From contig DXDX01000218.1 of NCBI GenBank assembly GCA_019115265.1, positions 1 through 54,276 on the forward strand: DNA of 54,276 nt, read 5' to 3'. Positions 1-13,364 of this stretch are shown here, in pieces (the first letter of the stretch is position 1; the number at the start of each line of letters is the position of its first letter). The position numbers and the translations under genes are program-made. Below the pieces are notes generated by a model that was not told the origin of the DNA, ran no database searches, and was given only the letters and a program-made list of their open reading frames with translations. This DNA is from Candidatus Flavonifractor merdigallinarum. Lineage in GTDB: Bacteria > Bacillota > Clostridia > Oscillospirales > Oscillospiraceae.

Positions 1-28
1 TATACTAAATGCGACAAATAAAGAGGAC

Positions 29-57
29 GGATTGTCACTGGTAATGCAGGCAAGACC
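29..57 (+). promoter_or_regulatory. RAT (ribonucleic antiterminator) site for BglG/LicT
   Basis: GGATTGTCACTGGTAATGCAGGCAAGACC closely matches the BglG/LicT RAT consensus; it overlaps the left arm of the downstream terminator; TATACT at 1-6 is a candidate -10. Confidence 0.92.
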
Positions 58-105
58 ACAGGTGAACCTGGGAAAACAGGTTTTTTTGTGGTGCCTGCTT
101 TTTTT
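46..105 (+). terminator. Conditional intrinsic terminator of the bgl operon leader
   Basis: GCAGGCA..ACCACA / TGTGGTGCCTGC stem with inner AACCTG/CAGGTT helix, followed by a T7 run. Confidence 0.88.
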
Positions 106-141
106 GCGCCCATTTTTCAAAGAGGAAAGGGAGGGGCTCCT

Positions 142-978
142 GTGGGAGTTTACATCATCCGGCGCATTTTGAACAACAACGCCTTCGTCTCCAGCGACGA
201 ACAGGGCAAAGATATTGTGGTCATGGGCAAAGGAATTGCCTTTCAGCGCACCAGCGGGGACCGGGTACCCCAGCAGCGGGCAGAACAGGTCTTTCGCCTC
301 TCGGAGGAAAATGCCGGGCGGTTCCAGGAGCTGGCGGCGCGCATCCCCATGAGCTATGCGGTGCTCAGTGAGAAAATCATCCACCAGGCGGAAAAGCGGC
401 TCAAAGGCAAGCTGAACGAGAGCATCTACATCACCATCACCGACCATATCTACTCGGCGGCCCAACGCTACCGGGAAGGGCTGGTCATCAAGAACACCAT
501 GCTCTGGGAAATTCAGCGCTACTACCCCGACGAATATGCCGCCGGGCTGGAGGCCGCCAAGCTGATACGGGAAACGCTGAATCTCCCCTTTGCTGAGGAT
601 GAGGCCGCCTTTCTGGCCCTCCACTTCGTCAACGCCGAGCTGGGGGTGGAGATTGGGCAGGTCTACGAGGTCACCGAGCTCATCCAAAGTGTGTGCGACA
701 TTGTGCGCAGGCACTTCTCCATTGAGTTTGACCCCACCTCCATGGCCTACTACCGCTTTATCACCCATGTGAAATTTTTCGCCCAGCGCCTGATGCTGGG
801 TTCCTATTATGAGGAGGATGACAGCGAACTGCTGGACGCCATCCGCGCCAAACATCCCGACGCCTACACCTGTACCCAGGAAATTTCCGCCCTCATTGAG
901 CGGACGCGGGGCTACCGTCTGGGCAGCGAGGAAGAGCTCTACCTCACCGTGCATATCGCACGGGTTACCAAGCATTGA
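142..978 (+). CDS. licT: BglG/LicT family transcriptional antiterminator (CAT + 2 PRD)
   Basis: N-terminal IxRILNNN...VVMGKGIAF RNA-binding motif, PRD motifs ITDHI and DEAAFLALH; GTG start at 142 behind GGAGG. Confidence 0.93.
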   Translation: MGVYIIRRILNNNAFVSSDEQGKDIVVMGKGIAFQRTSGDRVPQQRAEQVFRLSEENAGRFQELAARIPMSYAVLSEKIIHQAEKRLKGKLNESIYITITDHIYSAAQRYREGLVIKNTMLWEIQRYYPDEYAAGLEAAKLIRETLNLPFAEDEAAFLALHFVNAELGVEIGQVYEVTELIQSVCDIVRRHFSIEFDPTSMAYYRFITHVKFFAQRLMLGSYYEEDDSELLDAIRAKHPDAYTCTQEISALIERTRGYRLGSEEELYLTVHIARVTKH

Positions 979-1055
979 AAGAGGCCGCGCGCCGGCGCGC
1001 AGGAGCGCGGACCTTTCTTTGATACCCTATGTGAGCAAGAGAACAGAAAGGCTGA

Positions 1056-4374
<3,319 letters not shown>

Positions 4375-4437
4375 AGGGGTCCCCCTCATACCGCACAGCG
4401 GAAAAAGCCCTCCACAGCAAACGATGTCCTGACACAC

Positions 4438-4477
4438 AAAGACCCGATGCAGCAGAAACTGCTGCATCGGGTCTTTT
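4438..4477. terminator. Bidirectional intrinsic terminator
   Basis: AAAGACCCGATGCAGCAG-AAA-CTGCTGCATCGGGTCTTTT between convergent operons. Confidence 0.88.
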
Positions 4478-4505
4478 CATGCAATATGATGGGAGGCTGT
4501 GGGGG

Positions 4506-5497
<992 letters not shown>

Positions 5498-5501
<4 letters not shown>

Positions 5502-6517
5502 GACCGTGCCTCCTTCCCGTGAAAGGTGAGTGTGCGGGGCGCATCGGGGTGCTGCAGCCAGCAGGAGACGCGGTGGGTGTCGCTCAGCACCGTCTCCGGG
5601 GGCATGCACTCCTTACAGATGGCCATACAGTGTTCACACCGCGCCGCGAAGGGGCAGTGGTTCAGGGGGAGAATCAGATCGGGGGGCGTGCCCTTGAGGG
5701 CGTAGAGCTCCTGCTTGCTCTCCTTGGCCAGGGTGGGCACCGAGCTGAGCAGCGCCCAGGTATAGGGGTGGCGGCCATCCTGGAAAATCTCCCGGGTGGT
5801 GCCCCGCTCCAGCACCTGACCGGCATACATGACCTGTACCCGGTCGGCAAAGTTGGCCACCACGCCCAGATCGTGGGTCACCAGAATGATGGCGGTGCCC
5901 AGCTTGGTCTTGAGGTCCTTCAGCAAGTCCATAATCTGAATCTGGATGGTCACATCCAGCGCGGTGGTGGGCTCGTCGGCGATGAGGATATTGGGGCTGC
6001 ACGCCAGCGCGATGGCGATCATCACGCGCTGGCGCATACCGCCGGACAGCTCATGGGGATAGCTGTCCACCCGGGTCTCCGGGCTGGGGATGTTCACCAG
6101 GCGCAGCAGCTCAATGGCCTCTTTGCGGGCCTCCTGCTTCCCCAGGTGTTTGTGAATTTTCAGGCTCTCCATGATCTGCTTGCCGATTTTCATGGTGGGG
6201 TTCAGGGAGGTCATGGGGTCCTGGAAGATCATGCTGACCTCCTCGCCGCGGTAGTTGCTCAGGGCCTTCTTGTCCATGTGCACCACGTCCTGCCCCTGGT
6301 AGCGGATCTCGGAGCCCTCCTTAATCTCTGCAAAGGGCGGCTTGAGCAGCCGCAGGATGGCCTTGGCGGTCACCGTCTTGCCGCAGCCCGACTCCCCCAC
6401 AAAGGCCAGCGTCTCCCCCTTGTTCAGGTGAAAGCTGACGCCGCGGACCGCCTTCACTTCCCCGGCATAGGTGTTGAACGAGACGTGGAGGTCTTTGACT
6501 TCCAAAATTGGTTCCAT
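5498..6517 (-). CDS. oppD: Oligopeptide ABC transporter ATP-binding subunit
   Basis: [29 protein letters not shown]. Confidence 0.93.
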
Positions 6518-6528
6518 GCTGCTTCCTC

Positions 6529-7470
6529 CTACTTTCTCAGCTTCGGGTCCAGCGCGTCCCGCAGTCCGTCACCCAGCAGGGTAAAGGACAGCATGGTCAG
6601 GGCGATCAGGAGCGCAGGGAAAAACATCTGATAGGGATAGAATGCAAAGGTCTGCTGTGCCGCCGAGGCCAGCGCGCCCCAGCTGGTATTGGGCGCCTGG
6701 ATGCCCAGGCCCAGATAGCTCAAAAAGGCCTCGGAGAAGATGTAGCCGGGAATATCAAAGGTGATGGCCACCAGAATCACGCCCAGGGTGTTGGGCAGCA
6801 GGTGCTTGATGATGATCTTCCACGGGCTCACACCCAGGGCGTTGGCCGCCAGGACAAACTCCTGGTTTTTCAGCTGCATCATCTGTCCGCGCACCAGACG
6901 GGCGGTGTTGCACCACCCCGTCAGGGTCAGCGCCAGCATGAGGGTAAAGATGCTGTGGCTCTCAGTGATGACCGAGATGAGAATGACAATGAGCAGGTAG
7001 GGGATGCTGAAGAGCACCTCCACAATGCGCATCAGAATGGTGTCCACCGCGCCGCCGAAATAGGCCGCGACACCGCCGTACAGGCACCCCACCACCGTGC
7101 TGATGAGGGCGCCGGCCACGCCGATGGCGATGGAAACCCGGCCGGCCTGCCACACGCGGGAGAAGAGGTCACGGCCCAGTGCGTCTGTGCCAAACCAGTG
7201 CTCCGCGCTGGGCCCCTGGTTGATGGCCCCCTGGTCAATGTCCTCAAAGTTGATGCCGTTGATGTAGGGCCCCACAATGACCATAATAATCATCAGGAGG
7301 AGCACCACCAGAGAGACGGTGGCGATCTTGTTCTCCCGGAAACGGCGCCAGGCGTCCTTCCAGTAGCCGATCTGGGGCCGGGCGATTACCTCGCCGCTGA
7401 AGTCATCGGTGCCGATGACTTTGAATTTCTCTTTTGGGATGGGCTGTTTGACCATCGCTTCGTCCATCAT
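6529..7470 (-). CDS. oppC: Oligopeptide ABC transporter permease
   Basis: HWFGTDALGRD, EAFLSYLGLG, GDGLRDALDP. Confidence 0.93.
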   Translation of the reverse strand: MMDEAMVKQPIPKEKFKVIGTDDFSGEVIARPQIGYWKDAWRRFRENKIATVSLVVLLLMIIMVIVGPYINGINFEDIDQGAINQGPSAEHWFGTDALGRDLFSRVWQAGRVSIAIGVAGALISTVVGCLYGGVAAYFGGAVDTILMRIVEVLFSIPYLLIVILISVITESHSIFTLMLALTLTGWCNTARLVRGQMMQLKNQEFVLAANALGVSPWKIIIKHLLPNTLGVILVAITFDIPGYIFSEAFLSYLGLGIQAPNTSWGALASAAQQTFAFYPYQMFFPALLIALTMLSFTLLGDGLRDALDPKLRK

Positions 7471-7483
7471 CGCTCAGTCCCCC

Positions 7484-8416
7484 TTAGTCCTTGGATTTGA
7501 TTCTCATGCGCGGATCCAGAACCCCGTACACAATGTCAATCAAGAGCTGCGCGATGACAAAGAGCGCGCCGAAGAATACGGTGGTTCCCAAGATCATGGT
7601 GTAGTCCCGGTCATTGATGGACGAGATGTAGTAGAAGCCCAGTCCGGGAATGCCGAAGATCCGCTCTACAATGAAGGAGCCGGTAAACACGCTGGCAATC
7701 TGTCCGCCCAAAATGGTGATACAGGGCAGGAACGCATTGCGCAGCACATGGTTTTTGACCACGTTGAAGGGCGTGACGCCCTTGGCCTCCGCCGTCAGGA
7801 TGTAGTCCTGGTTCATCACCTCCAGCATGTTGGATTTCACATACCGGGCATAGGTGGCGATGGTGTTAAAGCTCAGCACAATCACCGGCAGCACCAGATT
7901 GGACGCTTTCCCCCAGCCCGTGGTGGGCAGCAGGTGGAACTGCACCGTGAAGAAGTACTGCAAGAGCGCCGCAAGCACGAATACCGGGACCGTGATGCCC
8001 AAAATGGCGATAAACATGACCAGATAGTCCGGCCATTTGTTCTTATTCAGCGCCGCTATGATGCCTAAGACGACGCCGATGATAATACCCAGAATCAGCG
8101 CCAGCCCTCCGGTGGTCCCGGAAACCTGCGAGTTGGTCATCAGCGTATCGGACACGCTCCGCCCCGGATACCGGATGGACTCGCCCAGGTCGCCCTTGGT
8201 GATCAGGTTCTTCATAAAGATGAGGTACTGCTCTCCGGTCGGCTTATCCAGTCCGTATTTCGCGTAGTAATTCTCCCGGGTCTGGTCGGGCAGATTGCGC
8301 GCCATGCTGGCCAGAGGGTCGCCGGGGATGCTGTGCATGAGGAAAAAGGTTACGGTGATGATAATGAACAGGGTCAGCAGCATATAGACGACCCGTTTTA
8401 ACACAAATTTTAACAT
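7484..8416 (-). CDS. oppB: Oligopeptide ABC transporter permease
   Basis: PGDP, GDLGxS, DYILTAEAKG, ERIFGIPGLG, LDPR; ATG 8416 with GGAG RBS. Confidence 0.93.
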   Translation of the reverse strand: MLKFVLKRVVYMLLTLFIIITVTFFLMHSIPGDPLASMARNLPDQTRENYYAKYGLDKPTGEQYLIFMKNLITKGDLGESIRYPGRSVSDTLMTNSQVSGTTGGLALILGIIIGVVLGIIAALNKNKWPDYLVMFIAILGITVPVFVLAALLQYFFTVQFHLLPTTGWGKASNLVLPVIVLSFNTIATYARYVKSNMLEVMNQDYILTAEAKGVTPFNVVKNHVLRNAFLPCITILGGQIASVFTGSFIVERIFGIPGLGFYYISSINDRDYTMILGTTVFFGALFVIAQLLIDIVYGVLDPRMRIKSKD

Positions 8417-8478
8417 TCCAGTCCTCCCACAAACCATTCTGCAATTGGGTGGTCTCTATTGGGGATTGATTAACGGAA

Positions 8479-8505
8479 ATGGGCGCCCGGAGCCCGGGCG
8501 CCCAT
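8479..8505 (-). other. GC-rich stem-loop between oppA and oppB (likely mRNA-stabilising or partial termination)
   Basis: ATGGGCGCCCGG-AGC-CCGGGCGCCCAT perfect 12-bp stem. Confidence 0.6.
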
Positions 8506-8530
8506 CGGTGAGTTCAACCAATCAGTTCCA

Positions 8531-10189
8531 TCAAGAATCCTGCTGGATGCTCACATACTTCATGCCTCCATTGTTGCTGGAGAAGTAGTTGGTGGGCAGG
8601 TTCTGAATGTAGTTGTAGTTGAAACGGTTGACCGTCTCGTTGACCACCGGGCACACAACGCCGGCGTCGTGAACCAGAATGTTCTCCGCCTGCTGGTAGA
8701 GGGCCAGACGGGCCTCGTCGTCCATCTCACGGCCAGCCTCGGCCACCAGTGCGTCGTACTCCTCATTGGACCAGCCGGTGGGGATGGCGCTGGAGCCGGT
8801 GGTGAACAGGGAGAGCATCGCCATGGGGTCGTTATAATCAATGGACCAGACCTGGTAGCCCACCTGATAGTCGCCGGAGTTAATCAGGGACTGGAAGGTG
8901 CCCCACTCGTTGAACTCCAGCTGGATCTCCACGCCCAGAGCCTCCTTGTACACCGCCTGGAGGTACTCGCCGTAGTTGCGCAGCCACTGGGTGGTGCCGC
9001 CGAAGGAGAAGGTGATATCCAGGGTAGCCGGGTCAGAACCCAGGCCCAGCTCCTCCATGCCCTCCACCAAGAGCGCCTTGGCATCCGGGTTCTCCTCAAT
9101 GAGGGTGGTCAGAGGCGCGGTCCCTCTGGCGCTGTAATCGGGAATGGTCTCACCGCTGGCCACGCCCTGGGGCACCCAGCTGTAAGAGGCCAGCATGGTC
9201 CCGTGATAGATGGTATCCACCACATCGTCGCGGTCCAGCGCCAGAGTGAAGGCCTTGCGAATCTTCTCATTCTGGAAGATGGGGTCCTGGGTGTTGTAGA
9301 AGTGGAAGCGGATGGAGGGCGTCACATACTCGGTAAAGGTCACGTCGTCCTTCTGGTTGAAGCGGTCAATCCACTCCGGCTGGCCCACGGTCACAATCTC
9401 CAGGGAGCCGTTCTCAAAGGAGTTGTAGCGGGAGTTCTCGTCGCCCATAATCATATAGGTGATGGAGTCCAGACCCACATGCTCCTTATCCCAGTAGGAG
9501 TCGTTCTTCTCCAGCATGATCTGGGAGTTGTGAGTCCACTGGGTCACCACAAAGGGCCCATTGAACACCAGGCCGGAGGCGTCCGCGCCATAGGTGTCGC
9601 CCAGAGACTCGGCGATATCCTGACGGGCGGGATACATGGCCTTGCTGTACGCCAGGGACAGGAAGTAGGGAGTGGGGCCCTCCAGGGTAATCTCCAGGGT
9701 CTTGTCGTCCAGCGCCTTCACGCCCAGCTCGCTGACCGGCATCTCACCGGTGGTGACGGCGTTGGCGTTCTTGATGCAGTCGGACAGGAGGAAGGAGATG
9801 GGAGAGCCGACCTGCGGGTCCAGAATGCGCTGAATGCCATAGACGTAGTCCTGGGCGGTCACCGCCTGGCCGTCGCTCCAGTTGTTGTCCCGCAGATAGA
9901 AGGTCCAAACCGATCCATCCTCGTTGGACTCCCAGCGCTCCGCGCCGGCGCCGGTGGGCACATTCTCACCGTTCTCGTTCTCTTCAATCCGGATCAGAGG
10001 CTCCATGGTGTTGATCAGGATGGCGTCGCCCACCGCGTCGTTGCAGCGGGACGGGTCCAGGGTGGCCGGCTCTTCTGCCAGAGAAATGACCAGCGCCTGA
10101 TCCGCTTTACCACCACCGCCGCCGCAGGCGACCAGACCTGTTGTCATGGCCAACGCCAGGAGCAAAGTCAGCAGTCGTTTTGCTTTCAT
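8531..10189 (-). CDS. oppA: Oligopeptide ABC transporter substrate-binding lipoprotein
   Basis: Lipobox LVAC, TLDP, WTFYLR..WSDG..VTAQDY, NGPF: family 5 SBP. Confidence 0.93.
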   Translation of the reverse strand: MKAKRLLTLLLALAMTTGLVACGGGGGKADQALVISLAEEPATLDPSRCNDAVGDAILINTMEPLIRIEENENGENVPTGAGAERWESNEDGSVWTFYLRDNNWSDGQAVTAQDYVYGIQRILDPQVGSPISFLLSDCIKNANAVTTGEMPVSELGVKALDDKTLEITLEGPTPYFLSLAYSKAMYPARQDIAESLGDTYGADASGLVFNGPFVVTQWTHNSQIMLEKNDSYWDKEHVGLDSITYMIMGDENSRYNSFENGSLEIVTVGQPEWIDRFNQKDDVTFTEYVTPSIRFHFYNTQDPIFQNEKIRKAFTLALDRDDVVDTIYHGTMLASYSWVPQGVASGETIPDYSARGTAPLTTLIEENPDAKALLVEGMEELGLGSDPATLDITFSFGGTTQWLRNYGEYLQAVYKEALGVEIQLEFNEWGTFQSLINSGDYQVGYQVWSIDYNDPMAMLSLFTTGSSAIPTGWSNEEYDALVAEAGREMDDEARLALYQQAENILVHDAGVVCPVVNETVNRFNYNYIQNLPTNYFSSNNGGMKYVSIQQDS

Positions 10190-10276
10190 GTTCGTTTCCC
10201 CTTTCATCGCTCTGATTGGTCCTTTTTACAAATCCGGTATGGCCTATGGTGTGGGCATTGCCACATCCATGACACC

Positions 10277-10966
10277 TTACAACCGGATCTTGACCCCGTA
10301 TTGAAAGTTCTCCCCATCCATTCCCTGTTCCGCCATGCGCCGGCGGGTGGTGAGCATGTAGTGCTCCATAATCGCGTCGCAGATCTCCTGCATGGTGCCG
10401 GTACAGCACACATCATAGAGGGCCTTATGGATGGGGTACTGCCGTTTGGCAGCCGCCGCGTGGTCTGTACTGCCGGTATAGTAGGCAATAATATTGCCGG
10501 AGTTGAGCTGGCTCCATGCTTTAGTCAGCCGGGGCAATCCCACCTGGCGGATGATTCCCTCATGGAAGGAGTTATCATAAGAAATGGAGGCGTGGAAGTC
10601 CGCTTCCTCCAAACTCTGCATCTTTTCCAGCGCCGCCTCCATCTGGTGAAGCGTCTCCTGTGTGAGCACGCCATTGCTCAGCTTGACGGCCAGAATTTCA
10701 TAGGTGGCGCGCAGGAGGTAGATCTCATACAAATCCACATCGCGGATTGGCTTTACCGAACAGCCCACATTGCGGGTATACTCGATCAGCCCTTCCTCCT
10801 CAATCTGGCGGAGTGCCTCCCGCACAGGAGCCCGGCTGACACCCAGCTCTGTGGAGAGATCCTGTTCCACAATCCGCGTATCGGGCTGCAATTCGCCGCT
10901 TAGAATTTTCATCCGAATGGCGTCCGCCACCTGTTCCCGCAATGTTTTGAACTCAATTTCCGCCAT
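10277..10966 (-). CDS. GntR family regulator (HTH + FCD)
   Basis: LREQV..I..G..LGVSRAPVREAL HTH; FCD DxxFH motif. Confidence 0.9.
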   Translation of the reverse strand: MAEIEFKTLREQVADAIRMKILSGELQPDTRIVEQDLSTELGVSRAPVREALRQIEEEGLIEYTRNVGCSVKPIRDVDLYEIYLLRATYEILAVKLSNGVLTQETLHQMEAALEKMQSLEEADFHASISYDNSFHEGIIRQVGLPRLTKAWSQLNSGNIIAYYTGSTDHAAAAKRQYPIHKALYDVCCTGTMQEICDAIMEHYMLTTRRRMAEQGMDGENFQYGVKIRL

Positions 10967-11052
10967 TTTTCTCTTTCACCTATATCCATTAGGTTCAATT
11001 TCAAAAAGTTTGGTTTATATATTGACTTTTGTCATACTTGGATGTAGATTAG

Positions 11053-11080
11053 AATTGTAGATTGTATACAATCTACAATT
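11053..11080. promoter_or_regulatory. Perfect 28-bp palindrome, probable GntR operator
   Basis: AATTGTAGATTGTA|TACAATCTACAATT, just downstream of a minus-strand TTGAAA-17-TATATT promoter (about 11120-11092) for gntR. Confidence 0.75.
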
Positions 11081-11229
11081 GGTGTGTTAATAATATAACA
11101 TATTTCGATTGCGTTTTCAATAAATATAGCAGATTTTTTCGGAATATCTTGTGCAATTTTTTTCATGTCCCTTGTTGTTTACCAAACTCATATAATGATA
11201 TACGCTTATCGGGATAATAGGAGGTTTTT

Positions 11230-12270
11230 ATGAACTTTGAAAGCAAAATCGATTTTCTGAAAGAGACCGTACATACCCTGATGTCTGCGGACAGCCCCAC
11301 TGGTTTTACCAAATCCGCCCTGGAAGAGGCGGAGAAACTGGTCCAGTCCATCGGCTATCCCACCCGCCGCACCCGGAAGGGCAATCTGGTCATCTCCATT
11401 GAGGGGCGGGACGAGTCCCGCCGGGTGGGGCTCTGCGCCCACCTGGACACGCTTGGGTTGATGGTGCGCTCCATTACGGACCAGGGCCGCTTGATGTTTA
11501 CCTCTCTGGGCGCCCCTCTGCTCCCCTCTCTGGAGGGCGAGTACTGCCGCGTCTATACCAAGTCCGGCAAGTGCTATACCGGCACCATTCTCTCCCTGTC
11601 CCCGGCCATCCATGTGTTCTCGGACGCCTCTACCCGGCCCCGGGACGAGAAGAACATGGCGGTCACGCTGGACGAGTGCGTCAGCTCCAAAGAGGATGTG
11701 CAGGCCCTGGGCATCCGCCCCGGCGATTTCATCTGCTTTGACCCCAAAACTACCTTTACCGAGGGCGGATTTTTGAAGTCCCGCTTCATCGACGACAAGG
11801 GCAGCGTCTCCATCCTCATTACCCTTCTCAAGCTGATGAAGGAGAGCGGCGTCAAGCCCCGCTATCACACGGAAATTTCCTTCACCGTCTATGAAGAGGT
11901 GGGACACGGCGCATCGGCCATCTTCGAGGATGTGGACGAGCTGCTGGTGGTGGATATGGGCTGTGTGGGCGACGATTTGACCTGCACCGAGAAGCAGGTC
12001 TCCATCTGCGCCAAGGACAGCTGCGGCCCTTACGACTATGGAATGGTCTCCCGTCTGGTCCAGCTGGCGGAGGAAAACGGTGTGGACTTCGCGGTGGACA
12101 TCTACCCCCGTTACAGCTCCGACGCCAGCGCCTACTGGCACAGCGGCCACGACACCCCCGCCGCCCTGATTGGCCCCGGTGTGTACGGCTCCCACGGCAT
12201 GGAGCGCACCCATCTCCAGGGGTTGCTCAATACCATGAAGCTGGCCGCGCTCTATCTGGACCTGGCATAA
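11230..12270 (+). CDS. M42 family metallo-aminopeptidase
   Basis: DSPTGF, AHLDTLG, SRFIDDK, YEEVG, VDMG, SHGMERTH metal-ligand motifs. Confidence 0.92.
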   Translation: MNFESKIDFLKETVHTLMSADSPTGFTKSALEEAEKLVQSIGYPTRRTRKGNLVISIEGRDESRRVGLCAHLDTLGLMVRSITDQGRLMFTSLGAPLLPSLEGEYCRVYTKSGKCYTGTILSLSPAIHVFSDASTRPRDEKNMAVTLDECVSSKEDVQALGIRPGDFICFDPKTTFTEGGFLKSRFIDDKGSVSILITLLKLMKESGVKPRYHTEISFTVYEEVGHGASAIFEDVDELLVVDMGCVGDDLTCTEKQVSICAKDSCGPYDYGMVSRLVQLAEENGVDFAVDIYPRYSSDASAYWHSGHDTPAALIGPGVYGSHGMERTHLQGLLNTMKLAALYLDLA

Positions 12271-12286
12271 TATAACCTCGAAATCG

Positions 12287-12327
12287 AAAAAGGCGCCTCA
12301 TTCCCCTGTGGAATGAGGCGCCCTTTT
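12287..12327. terminator. Bidirectional intrinsic terminator
   Basis: GGCGCCTCATTCC / GGAATGAGGCGCC stem flanked by A and T runs between convergent genes. Confidence 0.85.
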
Positions 12328-12365
12328 GTATGGAATTTTCAAGGTATGGAGTGGAACTTCTGAAT

Positions 12366-13208
12366 TTACATCAGTACGCCAATGCCCAGACAGCCGGAGG
12401 CAGTCTCCACACGAATGCCGGAGCCGCTCTCCTCTCTGTGCACATGTTCGTCAATCACCGGGGGCTTGATGTCGCATTTCAGGCCGCGTCTGGTGAGCGC
12501 GGTAGCGGCATTTCCGCAGGAGATGTTGGCCAGCTCACACAAGGCGGACTGGACCAGTTCGTCCAGTTCCGTCAGCTCCATCCCCGTCATGGTCTGGAGG
12601 AGGTGGAGCGCAAGCTCTTTGGAATAGCCAAAGACCACTTCCCCGCTCAAATCACCCACCAGCTGAATCTGCACAACCAGATCCCCCTCCGGCTGGTAGG
12701 GGTTTATGGTATGCATCTGCACACTTGTGCGGTCGAGACCTGCCATACTCTCCAGCACATCCAGGGTACTGTGGGTGAACAAATCCACATAGTGTTCAAA
12801 ATGGTTCTCCTCACCAGCGGCTGTTTCCCCGGTCACAATCTTCTGATCGGTGTCCACCACATGGTAAATCAGCCAGGCAGTCACCGTACCGGCCAGATCT
12901 TTCATGGTTTTCTCGTCAAAACCACATTCGGTCAGGCGCTTTTCATAGTTGACCACCGTCTGTGTAAACTGCCGGTGTTCCTCTTTGTGGGCCTCAAGCC
13001 CGCTGTATTGGATAGAGGCCTGGTACGCCTCCTCATCCCGAAAATGGTAGATCACATACTCTTTCAAAAATCCCAGGGCTTTTTGGTAGACCTCCACCGA
13101 AGCCCCCTCTTTGACCGCGTTTACCAAGTCCTCTGTCATGCGAAACAGTTCCATATGCTGTTGATCAATGCGCTCCACACCGAGGCGATAGCTGTCTTTC
13201 CACATCAT
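12366..13208 (-). CDS. Bacteriohemerythrin fused to a CheX/CheC-like phosphatase domain
   Basis: Hemerythrin ligands IDQQH, HFRDEE, HKEEH, WLIYHVVDTD; C-terminal SALCELANISCGNA (ExxN) and DIKPP typical of CheX. Confidence 0.85.
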   Translation of the reverse strand: MMWKDSYRLGVERIDQQHMELFRMTEDLVNAVKEGASVEVYQKALGFLKEYVIYHFRDEEAYQASIQYSGLEAHKEEHRQFTQTVVNYEKRLTECGFDEKTMKDLAGTVTAWLIYHVVDTDQKIVTGETAAGEENHFEHYVDLFTHSTLDVLESMAGLDRTSVQMHTINPYQPEGDLVVQIQLVGDLSGEVVFGYSKELALHLLQTMTGMELTELDELVQSALCELANISCGNAATALTRRGLKCDIKPPVIDEHVHREESGSGIRVETASGCLGIGVLM

Positions 13209-13364
13209 AAAGTGTCATTCTCCTTCTTTTGCAGCAAATGTTTTTCCTTATTTTAGCACGCCGCATGGGAGAATACAAGCAAAGCAGCGGGTGGAGGACA
13301 GGGGGGATTGATGGATATGATCCCATTATTTTCTCAACAGTGGTTCAAACAGAGTCCATCCTGT

